In this document: positions 8,201 to 19,800 of the stretch, piece by piece
Numbering within the stretch: position 1 is the first letter of the stretch
How the letters are laid out: the number at the start of each line of letters is the position of its first letter
Source of the DNA: a virus
Length of the DNA: 64,000 nt
Reading direction: 5' to 3' (one strand)
IMG/VR virus record: IMGVR_UViG_3300008952_000012
Span: 32,001 to 96,000 of that record
Made by a program: the position numbers and the translations under genes
The notes under the pieces: model-generated
The model's input: only the letters and a program-made list of their open reading frames with translations
Databases searched by the model: none
Told to the model about the DNA's origin: nothing

Positions 8201-9163
8201 ATGGCTGACGTATACGTACATTGTAGAACCGCTCTACTTCCTGCCGGGGATGCCGTGCAGGACGTGTACGTGTCCATACATGCGGTTGGTGTCTACAATT
8301 CATTAGCAGACGGAACAACGGACGCTAACGGGTCCGTATTTCTAGGTAATAGAGCGCCCGGACTGTATGAAATACACCTCACACCAAACGGGCCAGCGAA
8401 GGTCCAGAACGGGAACTTGCAAACAGTAACCGTTGTGAATGAGGACGCCAACAACGACTTGGTAATTGATCCCAATATTTTTGATGTCCTTGTTGACGTA
8501 ACAACACTTCCCGCTGCATCTGACGACCACTTCTGCCGATGCTCAGGGACCTTCATAGACCCGTATGGGAAACCAATTAACGAGTTAACCATCCGGTTTT
8601 CAGAGAATACCGTATTTTTTCCTAACTTAATTTATTACCCGCAGGGCAGTGCAAACGCACTAATACCAACCTCAAAGGTTGTTCGAACCGATAGTAGTGG
8701 TTTTGCTTCCGTAGACTTACTCAGAAATTACGAGTATTTAGTGTTTATGGAAGGATACGAGAATCTGGCACGGAATATTTTAGTGCCAGATGCGTCCGCT
8801 GCCCCGCTTACTGATGTTATATTCGCCGCCGTAGATGGTATCGAATACACTTTGGGAAATGTCTTATTAGACGGTAATAGCCCATCTGTAACATTAAACG
8901 TGGGACAACAGGCCACTCTGCTTCTTGAAACAGTTTTTCGGAGTGGTCTTAGAATCTCAGGGGTGGTAGACACAGTATTAACAACTCCAGAGCAAAGCTT
9001 TATTAGCACTACATTGACAGGTAATACTCTTTTGATAGAGGCTCTTAGTCCCGGAAATGTAGAAATTGAGGTCACTCGTGTTAAACCAGCAACAGGACAT
9101 GGGATCACCATCGCTCCTGACCCTGGAGTCCGAGGTGCCCTCAGTGTCCTGGTCAACCCCTGA
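8201..9163 (+). CDS. Beta-rich structural protein with Cna-B-like domains and a C-terminal Ig-like domain
   Basis: GTTDANGSVFL and RTDSSGFASVDL motifs. The C-x-G-x3-D-x2-GKP segment matches 4431..5678. The C-terminus resembles Ig-like (Big) domains. Confidence 0.55.
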   Translation: MADVYVHCRTALLPAGDAVQDVYVSIHAVGVYNSLADGTTDANGSVFLGNRAPGLYEIHLTPNGPAKVQNGNLQTVTVVNEDANNDLVIDPNIFDVLVDVTTLPAASDDHFCRCSGTFIDPYGKPINELTIRFSENTVFFPNLIYYPQGSANALIPTSKVVRTDSSGFASVDLLRNYEYLVFMEGYENLARNILVPDASAAPLTDVIFAAVDGIEYTLGNVLLDGNSPSVTLNVGQQATLLLETVFRSGLRISGVVDTVLTTPEQSFISTTLTGNTLLIEALSPGNVEIEVTRVKPATGHGITIAPDPGVRGALSVLVNP

Positions 9164-9197
9164 TATCAGTCGTGATGCACAGCCACAGAGGCCGATT

Positions 9198-9470
9198 TTG
9201 TGGTTTACGCGGCTTTGGGCCGCTGTTGTCAGACGCGCCGCAGTCGATTGGGTCTTGTACAAAGACCACTCAACTTCCAAATTAAGGAAGGTAGGCGCGG
9301 ACGCCGAATATTGGATTTTCTTAGATAAGGAGGAAAATAGGTTAAGTTCTTTTGTATCTGTATGCGATATTCTTGGTCTCGAACCCAGCTTAATGCGAGA
9401 AAAGGTAAGAAGTTTAAGCGAAGAGGATGCTAGGAGGCTAAGAGGAATGGAGTTTGGCGATGACTGGTAA
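9198..9470 (+). CDS. Small phage hypothetical protein (RLWAAVV..RA..DW / SF..VCDILGL type)
   Basis: In-frame TTG at 9198 lies 6 nt after GAGG. The 9066 start in the track overlaps the upstream gene. Confidence 0.55.
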   Translation: MWFTRLWAAVVRRAAVDWVLYKDHSTSKLRKVGADAEYWIFLDKEENRLSSFVSVCDILGLEPSLMREKVRSLSEEDARRLRGMEFGDDW

Positions 9471-12429
9471 ATACACAGCCGAAGAGTTCGAGAAGAGTGT
9501 TGAGAGTATCTCCTCCTCTCTACAGGGCGTTGTTAGGGGAACAACCCAGTCAGCAGACGACATAGTAGACAGCGTAAAAGACTTCATTTTCCGAACGCTT
9601 AATTCAGACATTGATTCTGTATACGCGCTTATATTCCTCCTTAGAAACAAGGAAGTAATTACCTGCACAGAGGCATTGGTTGATTCAGAGAAGGTTTTTG
9701 ACCTTTTGCCTTCCGCGCTATCAGAGGAAGCGAGTGCCGACCAAGACGCCATCAATAAAATAAACGACCTGATGGAGGAGATAGCTTTCGCCCCAGCGGG
9801 TATACGTGAAGAGCTTGTTGCCGAACTACAGAAGCAAACGGCGAAAATGGTTCAGGGAAATAAGACGTCTACGGGTAAGGCGCTTTTAGGAACGAGCAGA
9901 AGCGCTGCACAGGCCTCCATAAAGAGTATATGCCACGACCTGTCTATTATCGTTGAGTCAATCAAGATCAACGGGGATAACTTCTTGGAGGCTATCCGCT
10001 CCTACATGCTCGCTGATTTCGAGGACGTGTCGGCCAGCGTCCAAGCTAAAGATGCCCAAAAAGCCATCGAGGCGCACGCAGACGACGAAGATATTGATAC
10101 GCAACAACTACTTCTTGATGCTGCTGTCGCCACATCCCTGGTAACCCAGGCGTCCCAGGCAAAGCGGGACATAACGAAGCCTAAGTATGAGGGCGATGTT
10201 GTAACCCTTCCGGGTGCACAGGCTGAGCTTCTTGGGGGCACTGACCCGTTCATATTGCAGGATAGCGATGAGCTTTTAGCGTCTATGGAGATTGACGGAA
10301 CGACCGTTGCTAAGGTTGGGGCGAATCCGTCCACATACCCAACCCACACACGAACATGGGACAACTCACTTAAGATTAGGACCGATAGCGGCCTTTTCTA
10401 CGACAACGGGACAAACGAACTAGACGATACGCTACTCAGCGATGAAACTACCAGCCTAGGGATTAGGCCCGCGCTTCTTAAGTACATTATCAAACCGGCT
10501 ACCTTGGAGGGTTCGGTTCTCTGGGTACCTCAGCCTGGGAGCGGCTCTCCGCCCACTATCATGGAGTTGAGGGACATACCCGGCCCGGACTACCCATATG
10601 GGGGTGGCGTTATCGAGTGGAAAGAAAAAGCAGATCCACTTGGGAACTGGGGTGCTTTTGGCCACATTGACTACGCTGCTGGGGTTCTTTCCCTAAATAA
10701 CGACTTTGGGGGAGACGGTGTCGGTGACCAAACGCTCACTGGGGCGATCTACATCACCTATAAGTATTATCCACTAGGGGACTTGGTGTTTAGGGCCGGG
10801 ACAGTCACCGAGTACGTTCCTCCGCCCTACCCAACACAAACGTACGCCAGAAAGGTAGAGCTACCTTTCGGAAACCTAGCGTACGCCGCCCACAACCGCC
10901 CTGTCACTCGGGTGCCGGATCTTGCGAATATTTCGGTCCCGGTGTCTACACCATTAGATTACGCCACCGCCCTACAGGACGGGAGTTGGCTTGACCCCCA
11001 ACACGAGGAAATGGGGGAGTATATGAAATGGGGCGCAACAGCGGATAGCTTCTCCACCAAACTACACAGAAACGGGTCCGCGCATAGGCTTTCTTATCCA
11101 TCTAGCGCAGCGCTACCACCGCTTGTGTGGAACACGGGGCCGCTAGGAGATACCTTCACAGCCCCTCCTGGGTCCATGAACATGATACTTGGGCTCTTTC
11201 ATGAGAAGACTGGGGACATCTTTGGCGGAGACACGCAGGCCAACACCCTCACGCCGCTTGGGCCTATTGATCTCGATGTCCCACAAGGACCGCTTCTAAT
11301 AGACGGAAACAGTGTTTTTGAGACAAGTGAGTCTGGGGTAGGCACGCATACGGACGCCCTGGACGGCTCTGGGAACCCAACGCTTAACGGGTATTTCCCG
11401 GTGAACACCGATGGCCTTGAGGTGGGCGACGATGTTTATGACTCGGTAACCCAATCTCATGCAAAGATTATTGCCATAGGGGTTGATGCCGAAAACACAA
11501 CCCAAACAGACGGGGTGATCATTTTTCCAGCGTTCCCAAGGCCCATAATCGCTTCCGGGACCGGGGGGATTGAGCCCACCAGCACACACAAGACCCAGTT
11601 TAGTAGGCACAGGGTACGGGTAAGTTCTCAGGCAAATGATGCCAGTAGCTCTATTTCAGTGACATTCTCAGCGCTCGGCTTCCCTCTCGGCCCTCCAGCC
11701 TTGGGAAGTTCTTTGGCGATCTCGCTCGGAAAGACCGTTGACCTTGATAATGTGGTCACAGATCCGGGGTACAACATAAAGCCTGGGGACGTTGTCCTGG
11801 AGAAGACTCTTGGAGCATCACGACCCATAGGGAGGGTGGAGACTGTAAACGGTAATAGGATTACCATCGTAATAGAGCCGAAGGGAATTTCACACGATTA
11901 CCCGTTCACGTCCCTAACCATTGTCGCGCTCGGGTGGCAAAAGCATGTGAAGCTAAGCGCCCAGCTTCGTAAGTCACTGGATTTGCTCAAAAAAATTTCG
12001 TCTAAAGACATAGTAGCACTAGCTAATACCGTAGCTTCATCCGGGTCCGGTCAGGGGCAGTTCACCCAACTTATGGGTGATGTTGTTGCTGCCGTTGCCG
12101 GTATTAGAAATGCTTACCTTCTGTATGACGCCCACACCGTAAACACGGTTAGTAAGCTCATGACTTTTTTGAAGCAGGAGAAAATGACCGTCCTGCACGA
12201 TCTTTTGATTACCGGACAGTTTTCCCAGGTGCCAGATGTGGACCCTGAGCAGGTTTCCTCCAAAGGGGACGTCGAAGGGATGCTCGCTATTGCTTCTGAC
12301 CTATATGGACAGCAGGCAGACTTTGTTGAGATTACTCGCGGATACGACCCGCTAGCCGACTTTACTAACAGAGGCAAGGAGCCAAATGTAGAGATTCAGG
12401 AGCTTCCAGATGTTGACATTATCCCGTAG
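9460..12429 (+). CDS. Large tail/baseplate-associated protein
   Basis: ATG 9460 has a GGAG RBS. Helical N- and C-termini flank a beta-rich core. GHIDYAAGVLSL resembles the G-x-I-D/N-Y-x-T-G motif of baseplate wedge proteins. Confidence 0.5.
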   Translation: MTGKYTAEEFEKSVESISSSLQGVVRGTTQSADDIVDSVKDFIFRTLNSDIDSVYALIFLLRNKEVITCTEALVDSEKVFDLLPSALSEEASADQDAINKINDLMEEIAFAPAGIREELVAELQKQTAKMVQGNKTSTGKALLGTSRSAAQASIKSICHDLSIIVESIKINGDNFLEAIRSYMLADFEDVSASVQAKDAQKAIEAHADDEDIDTQQLLLDAAVATSLVTQASQAKRDITKPKYEGDVVTLPGAQAELLGGTDPFILQDSDELLASMEIDGTTVAKVGANPSTYPTHTRTWDNSLKIRTDSGLFYDNGTNELDDTLLSDETTSLGIRPALLKYIIKPATLEGSVLWVPQPGSGSPPTIMELRDIPGPDYPYGGGVIEWKEKADPLGNWGAFGHIDYAAGVLSLNNDFGGDGVGDQTLTGAIYITYKYYPLGDLVFRAGTVTEYVPPPYPTQTYARKVELPFGNLAYAAHNRPVTRVPDLANISVPVSTPLDYATALQDGSWLDPQHEEMGEYMKWGATADSFSTKLHRNGSAHRLSYPSSAALPPLVWNTGPLGDTFTAPPGSMNMILGLFHEKTGDIFGGDTQANTLTPLGPIDLDVPQGPLLIDGNSVFETSESGVGTHTDALDGSGNPTLNGYFPVNTDGLEVGDDVYDSVTQSHAKIIAIGVDAENTTQTDGVIIFPAFPRPIIASGTGGIEPTSTHKTQFSRHRVRVSSQANDASSSISVTFSALGFPLGPPALGSSLAISLGKTVDLDNVVTDPGYNIKPGDVVLEKTLGASRPIGRVETVNGNRITIVIEPKGISHDYPFTSLTIVALGWQKHVKLSAQLRKSLDLLKKISSKDIVALANTVASSGSGQGQFTQLMGDVVAAVAGIRNAYLLYDAHTVNTVSKLMTFLKQEKMTVLHDLLITGQFSQVPDVDPEQVSSKGDVEGMLAIASDLYGQQADFVEITRGYDPLADFTNRGKEPNVEIQELPDVDIIP

Positions 12430-12449
12430 ATTTGTGCTTGAGGTGATTT

Positions 12450-12854
12450 ATGGCCGATGATCCATTAGAAGGTGCTGACCAACAAGTAGCCTTGGCTGGA
12501 AAAGCAAAGGACTATAAGGCGCAGGCAAAGATAGCTGCGATCATGGAGGAAGCCCTTAGTATTATTCGTTCTACGGCACGTACTAACGATTATTTTGTGG
12601 GATACTCGTTAACGGAAGCGATAACTGAGAGGTTACAAGCAATTGGTCTAGAGGCGGACGATAAAGAGGAGAACAAATTTGTTCCAGGGACTTTGGCAGA
12701 ACGCACCCAGATTTCGCAGGTTAATCACCTGTGGGCCCTCCTGCTCGGAGAGGATGAGGCTGGGTCAGCAGATAATGGTGGAGCCATAGGCAAGGCCCTT
12801 AACACGGGCGATATAAACGACCTTAAATGGGAAGATGATGAGGGAGAGGACTAA
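12450..12854 (+). CDS. Acidic hypothetical protein
   Basis: GAGGTG RBS; 134 aa ORF within the baseplate operon. Confidence 0.6.
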   Translation: MADDPLEGADQQVALAGKAKDYKAQAKIAAIMEEALSIIRSTARTNDYFVGYSLTEAITERLQAIGLEADDKEENKFVPGTLAERTQISQVNHLWALLLGEDEAGSADNGGAIGKALNTGDINDLKWEDDEGED

Positions 12855-12857
12855 AGC

Positions 12858-13865
12858 GTGAAGGACTTGCAGGCCATATACGTCAGGGACGTTGCGGAAC
12901 TAGACGATATCGAGATCGCATCTATGGTGCGAATCGAGGAGGTTGATGTTTCAGCAATCGCTGATGTGCGGCTAAATGGGGTATCAGCCAAGTTTTTCCC
13001 GCTTGGAATGACTACGCTTATGGTTGCGATACCGGCCTCGTTCTCCGATTACCAGAATCTCGAAAGCAATCACCCTGGGTACGTGGCCCAGTCTATCAAC
13101 AATATCCGTATTATACGGAAATATACTGGCACAGATGGGATTGAGCGCGAGCACGGGGAAGTGATTGCGTGGGCTGAAGGGAACACGATTGACTCAAAAG
13201 CCCCATCTGGATCAAAGAGGGTAACCCTAGACGGGGGCGTTCTAAGGCTGTACGGCAAGGGCTTTGATCAGGCAGTTCGGGTTTTAGTGAACAACAAAGA
13301 CCAACCGTTTCTTGTTGAGGGTACTGGTGGCACCCTTCTAACGGCGATACCCGAAAAAGACCTGACCTTAGAGAGTGTAGATGTTATTACAACATCAAAG
13401 ACTGTTAATCGAATGACGTTTTTCGAGTATCTTCTTGGTCAGGAGATGCACACGGTTTCCGGGACTTTTAAGCTTGTCCAGCAATTCATAAAATTGCTGA
13501 TGACAACCCCAGGGACAGATATGTTCGGGGACAGGGGAATGGGCGGCAATATGCAGAATTGGGTGGGCCAAAAAGTCAACCTTAGGAACCCGCAGGGTCT
13601 TGTAGCAAAGACCGTTTTAAATATCATAACACTTGGGACAAAAATGCAGGTTCAGCAGATATTAGCAAATGTACCGGCAACGGAGAGACTAAGCGATGTA
13701 ACTGTCTTAAATGCGTCATTGTCGCCAAACGACCCAAGTATTATGGAATTATCAATCAAGTTGAACACGTATGCTGGACGGCAAGCGTTTTTTAGCCTCC
13801 TTATTGGTCAGGCTCAAAATGCAATTGAGGACGCCTCTGCCGCACAAAGCAGCGGGCTTTTTTAG
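12858..13865 (+). CDS. Baseplate wedge protein with a C-terminal gp25/GPW-like domain
   Basis: KLVQQFIKLLMTTPGTDMF.....G and ERLSDVTVL...SIKLNTYAG resemble the gp25 family. It lies directly upstream of the baseplate-J-like gene. Confidence 0.65.
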   Translation: MKDLQAIYVRDVAELDDIEIASMVRIEEVDVSAIADVRLNGVSAKFFPLGMTTLMVAIPASFSDYQNLESNHPGYVAQSINNIRIIRKYTGTDGIEREHGEVIAWAEGNTIDSKAPSGSKRVTLDGGVLRLYGKGFDQAVRVLVNNKDQPFLVEGTGGTLLTAIPEKDLTLESVDVITTSKTVNRMTFFEYLLGQEMHTVSGTFKLVQQFIKLLMTTPGTDMFGDRGMGGNMQNWVGQKVNLRNPQGLVAKTVLNIITLGTKMQVQQILANVPATERLSDVTVLNASLSPNDPSIMELSIKLNTYAGRQAFFSLLIGQAQNAIEDASAAQSSGLF

Positions 13866-13878
13866 TAGGTAAGAAATT

Positions 13879-16800
13879 ATGGCCACTGAAAATCTAAAAC
13901 GATTTATGACCGAGCGGCTGCTCGACCTTGACCCAACCCTAAGTGATCAGGCTGGCTCCCTGATGTTCACGAAAGTGATCGATCCACTGGTAGCAAGGCT
14001 CGGCGTTGACCCGCTAGGCGTCGATATCGGCACGTTTATTCTTGCCAGACTTCAGGAAGAATTCCCGGAACTTGACGTAAATTCCCCCGGCTCGGTCCTT
14101 AAAGACGTATTAGTCGCCCCGCTTGCTCTGATTCTTGAGCCCCTTAGAAGAGAAATCTTCTTCCTAAGAACCCAGAACTCTCTTGCAGATGCTACCGCCC
14201 TCTCTGAGCCAGAGATGGACGCCCTCTTATCGAACATTCTCTCCGAGAGGCTTAATGGAGCTAATGCCCTTGGGAATGTTCGGGTGTACTTTAATAGCGC
14301 TAAGACGGTGGGAGTAGATAGCTCTATCATCTTCTCTACTGCCGATGGGATTAATTTCACCCCCACGAGCCCCTCAACATACTTCCCAGAGAACTTCACC
14401 AGATCGGGCAACCACTGGTACATAGACATCAGCGTAAGATCGATGGAAGCAACCATCGAAGCGAACGTACCAAAGAACTCGATTAAGTTTGTAAACGGCC
14501 TGGATAACGTAGCTAGGGTAACGAACAGTGTTGGATTCAGTGGAGGCATAACTGAAGAGACGAACGAGGAGTTTCTGGCTAGGGCGGAACGTAGCCTATC
14601 CGAAAGGTCTCTGAATACTGAGCGCGGTATTGAGACGGACCTCTTCAACAAGTTTTCGGACATTACGTCTATTCGGGTCATTGGGCACGGCGAACCTGAG
14701 ATGCAGCGGGACATACTCGAAGCCGAATGCAACCGCGATGTAACCGAAACTCTCGGACCACTGATTTACATGTCAGCAGACTGGGCCACCCGAGAAGTGA
14801 TTAGCGGGAACATTACCGCGATGGGCGCTGTAGCCCCTATGATGGAGAACGGGTTTCCGTTCACGAATACGATTGTTTTCAATGCTCCACCCGGCGGATG
14901 GGACATTGACCTGAAGACGAAGATGCTCAAAGCGAAGTATCTCAGGGTTTCAGACGGGAACCAGTACTACCACAACACGATGTTGAATCGCGTGCGCGTG
15001 ATCGATGAGATCAAAGAGCACATGAGCGGCGACATCTATGTTCGCACAAAAGACTTCGAGGTGTTTCCTCCTCCTGCTGACATCTTCTCTGAGGGTACAA
15101 GCGTCTCTGTTTCAGGGCGCACAGATGGTCCTCATCACGGACTAAATAAGCATTCGTGGCAGGGCTCCGACTTTAAGATGATTGGCGGAGGGGATGATGC
15201 CCTCGATTACGTAACTGGGGCCCACCTTCCGTTCACTGATCATATCGATACTGAGTTTGATTTCGTAGACGTTCCTGGGTCCGTTATCGCTGGGCGCGAC
15301 TTCTTGGTTGTTGTTAGTCGGGGGAAATTCGACGACGACATGGACCCCGTGGACGCCAATACGGAGTGGTCCAAGAAGATCATGACGTTCCCACTTCTTA
15401 AGCACTTCGGGCATGAAGATCTTGGGGTCGGAAGATCTGACGGATTCCTCGTAAGCAAAGATCGTATTCTCTACAAAGGGGAAGCGAACTTTGAGTACGA
15501 GCCAAACCTTGAGTACTCAGGCCTCAGGGAACACACGCACATTAGAGATTTCGGTGGACCAAAGCTGTCTGACTGGGAAGAGGACGACGCCCAGGACATT
15601 GTTTGGGGCGGCATTGACAAAGAAGACTATGGTCGCCGTCCCGGCGTAGCCATTGAGGGCAAGAAAGTAAACCAGCTTGGGATGGATTCAGCCCCGACCT
15701 CTTTAGAGATTTCGGACAATGGGAACGCCGAACCTCAAGAGTGTGACATTATACTCAATCAATCACAGACACCGTGGTCGGCACGTGGGATTCAAGAGGG
15801 AGACTACGTTGCTTGCACAGTGTACGCGGAAACCTATGGCGGTGACCCATACAAAGGTAAGCTTACCGATGCAGATGAAGCTATGCTTTGGCATGCGTGG
15901 GGCCGCATCAAAAAGGTAGGCTTCGGTAGCCCGTGGCGTCTTAGAGTAGAAGGTCTAGACTGGCGACCCCTGCATACCGGAAAACTACTTGAGTTCTCTC
16001 CGGTGGCGCGTGCGGAGGTCACTATCCACGAACCTCTGGAGCATCTAGGGTTCGACACAGACCAGCTACTAGAAGAGCCTATGGGCGTACCCGGGGAGGA
16101 GACTAGATATCTTTTCGGGAAGGTCGAATGGTTTAGCGGGTCACCCGGCAGTTGGCGAAACTACCCATTCGGGCCGGTCGCTGAGCCGGAGGCTTACTTT
16201 CCGGGAACCGCCTACGATTTCAAGAAAGCAGGCTGCACCAGAGACGCTTGGCAACAAGAGGGCACTCAGGGTGGGTACAAAACTAATATCGACCAAGCGG
16301 CCCTAGGGAACGTACTATACAACGCGTCCACCGTTATTGGGACCACGGTGGATTTACACTTTAAGATCCTTGGTCACGGGCGCGGCGACGGGACTATGCC
16401 CCCTCCACCAGGAACCCCGTATGCACAGATTAGGGATGATTACACTATAATAGTTCCGTGGGATGCCGCCTTTGCCCCAGCCTCCAACTCCACAGCGGAT
16501 AAGGGGATCGCAGCTAAGAACTTGATGATAGCCTTTAGGGATCTTGTGAACGAAGGGTCTCACCCGCACCACATCGATACTTTAGCGGTTCCCGCTAACC
16601 CAACTAGAACGTTCCCTGCGTACCTAGAATTTGACCCAATCGCTGATGCTGACCCAGTAGACCTTGCTGCCGGAACAGCCTTCGTTCAGTTCCATTTCCT
16701 ATCATTAATTTATCACGAGCTAGCCAACCAATGGGAAGTGTTTGGGGCCGCTGTGGACACGGCGGTGACTGACGCCTTTCCCGGCACAGGGTTCTTTACC

Positions 16801-19800
16801 AACATAACGTCGCTTGATATATCGGGAAATATTGGGGCAGGTGACACCGGAAAGCTGTTCGATAGCCCAGAAGCCGTATCACCAGGACAAAAAGCCACCG
16901 CTGCGGCTATCTGTGAGGCTATTAACGCCGCTTCCGGACAGGCCGTCTTTGACGGGTTTCTTGGCATGTCTGGGCTTCTAAAGGCATACTTAAAATACCC
17001 CTCCCAGGCCGCAGACGAACCCTGCACATTTATTGTTGAGTGCTTGGACCCGGTTACCGCCCTCCCCCCTGGCGGAAATGGGTGGACTGTCAGAGTTATC
17101 CCTGACGGGCACGCAACTCCGGTGCCTAGCCAGATAGAGCACCCTGTTTGGGACGGTGGGTACAATTACTCGTGGCCAATTAACGAAACTGGCTATCCGG
17201 AAGGAAACGTAAACGGTGGGTACATCGGAGGCTTTGGGGCCAGGAAGCAAGTAGTGGGCAAAGAGCCTGTTACTTGGCCACACGACGGATTCCCATCGGT
17301 TCCCGTTTTTGACTTCAATCATCCAGACTCGAAACCTGTTCCCGCCCTCACCGGCACCGTCGCCGGTAGCGACACAGACGATTACTGGGGCGTGGTTGAT
17401 CAGGAAGAACACCCAGACCACGCTACCCCGTACGAAGAACTCGGGAGCGTTGTGGCGTCCGGGGGGAGCGCTACAGACTCGCCCCCAACCTATGACGCTG
17501 GTACAAACATCTTCGTATTTAGGCTTAATAATGTACCGGCAGCAGAACCAACAAACTCAACAGATAGTCCTATGCTTAGGATTGTTATGGAAGTCGAGCT
17601 TCCTGGGCCAGCCGAGTCTACAAGTAGCTCCTTACCGATAGGTACAAAGTACCCAGAAACGAAGACGTATAAGCTCTTGTTCACTGACGACGGTAACGGG
17701 AACATCGTATACGACCCGGCCTGGGTGCTTCCTTCTGACGACTACGACCCCGCCAACCCTGACGACCACCCGCACGGGAATGTGCAGGCCGCTTTGGGCG
17801 ACTGGCTTGATACGGCAAACAGCAAGATAAACTATACGACTGGGGAAATCAGGCTGGCGTTCAAGGAAGACTTTGAACTTAGTTGGCCGAACTGGAGTAA
17901 CCCCAACGCCGACTGGGGCGGAACACCGGGGGACACCTTTGAGTGGCCGCCTGGATATGACCCGCTAGGTCCGCCGAGGGGATACACTTTCCATCCAAAC
18001 TGGACCACCCTGGGCTCGGACCCAGCGCCATACAAGTACGATGGTGGAACCGTTCCGGTTCTCGAAAAGCCGCACGTAGCTGGTGAACTTCTTCATCCCG
18101 TGTTTTGGGCTGGGTATACCTACGTGAAAAACCCGTATCGGGCTTTCTATACGGTATATCGAGGCATGTCTGAACTGCTTACCCCGACTGGCGTGAACAC
18201 GCCTTCTTACGATGAGTTTGCGTTCCTACCCGCGCATAGAAGACCAAACCCAGTTCCTCATGGCTACCCCGCCCATGAGCCAATCCACACCACCATGCCT
18301 AGTGGATATTACGGAGACATGTGGGAAAGCGAGAGCTTGGGCAACAACAGGATCTTTTCGAACTTTGGGTTTGATGACACAGCAAACGAAGTCCGCATGG
18401 TTTGGATTAGACTTGGGAAGCCCTTCAACGTAGTTCATCCAAGTATCGGCGGAACGCCATCTGAGAAATGCTTTACGGCAGAGCTTGTGGATCTCGATGG
18501 TGCGCAGGATGACATCACGGCACTTGGCGTGCCGCAGGAACCAGAGTACTCCGGCTATACCAAAAACCGCTATCGCCATTACATACCAAAAGAGATCGCC
18601 GGGAACCCAAACCCAGACGCTTTGGACATAGACGATGACGGTACGACTACGGACGTAATGGTACAGCCAACCAGCCTTCCGCTTGTCGGGGGCAGCACGA
18701 GTATTGACGACGTAGACAAAGAGTATCCGGATTTAGATTTTACGGATAAACCTGAGCCTAACGAAAAGGGCTTGTCAGGATTCCTAATTCCGTATCCGAT
18801 GGGCAACAACTACGACATGCTTAACATGCCGTTTGGCTCCTCGATGAATAAACCGATGTCAGACGTGGACCTCCTTGAGCACCAAGTTGCTCACCTATAT
18901 GAGGGGTTCGACATGGCGGCAGAGGACTCGCTTTTAACTATTTCTGGCATTCCAGGCGGAACCCCGTTCCCGACTAGATTCGGCGTTCCTCTTGAGATCG
19001 TAAACAACCAAGTACATATCGGCGGTATGACGGATGTTTACCTCAAGCCGGGAGCTACTACGGAGGCCACGAGCGAGGAAATCAGAATCCAGCCAGAGGC
19101 CCCAGTTGTTCCTTACGTGGATGGTGGCGAGGTTGTCTTTGCTGGAAGCGACGGGAAGATCGATTGCTTGGACAACCCAGTACACTTCAACAGCCCGACA
19201 CTGCATGCGGAGTTAACGGCGTTGTTTGGGAGCAACCCCAGACCGCTGGATAACTTGGTTCTCGAAATACTAGACCCGCCGTCACCGGAGATACAGCCTA
19301 CATTCTTTAGAATCATCCACACGTTTTCCTCCATGACTAACTCTGGCGTCAAAATTGACGGGGAGTTTCCGGAGAGCTTGGGCCTTGGGTTTGATAACCT
19401 CCGGTTTAGGGTGATGAAGGAGTGCTCGACTAATCTTGTGGAGCCTCTCACCATACTGAAGCAAGGCGATGATTTAATCGTTCACGAGAACGAGATGTCT
19501 GCCTTTAGTCCCTCTGGGTACCAGTTTGGCGCAAACCCTGTAACTGCCGCTCTGTATCTACATATCGACTCGGAGATTAATTATGGGGAGTATCGCATTG
19601 AGGGGATTAACCTAAATACGCTCATCCTCACGACAGCTATTGATGAAGAGGGGACGAACCTAAAGTATAGAATCTACACCAAGCAGGGCACGGGCCTCGA
19701 CATGCCTATGGTTAGAGTTAAAAACGTTTCATTAGCCGGTGATAACGGGGGACTAGAAGTTCCTTACAAGCACCCGGTCGATGTCGTATCTAGCGACTTC

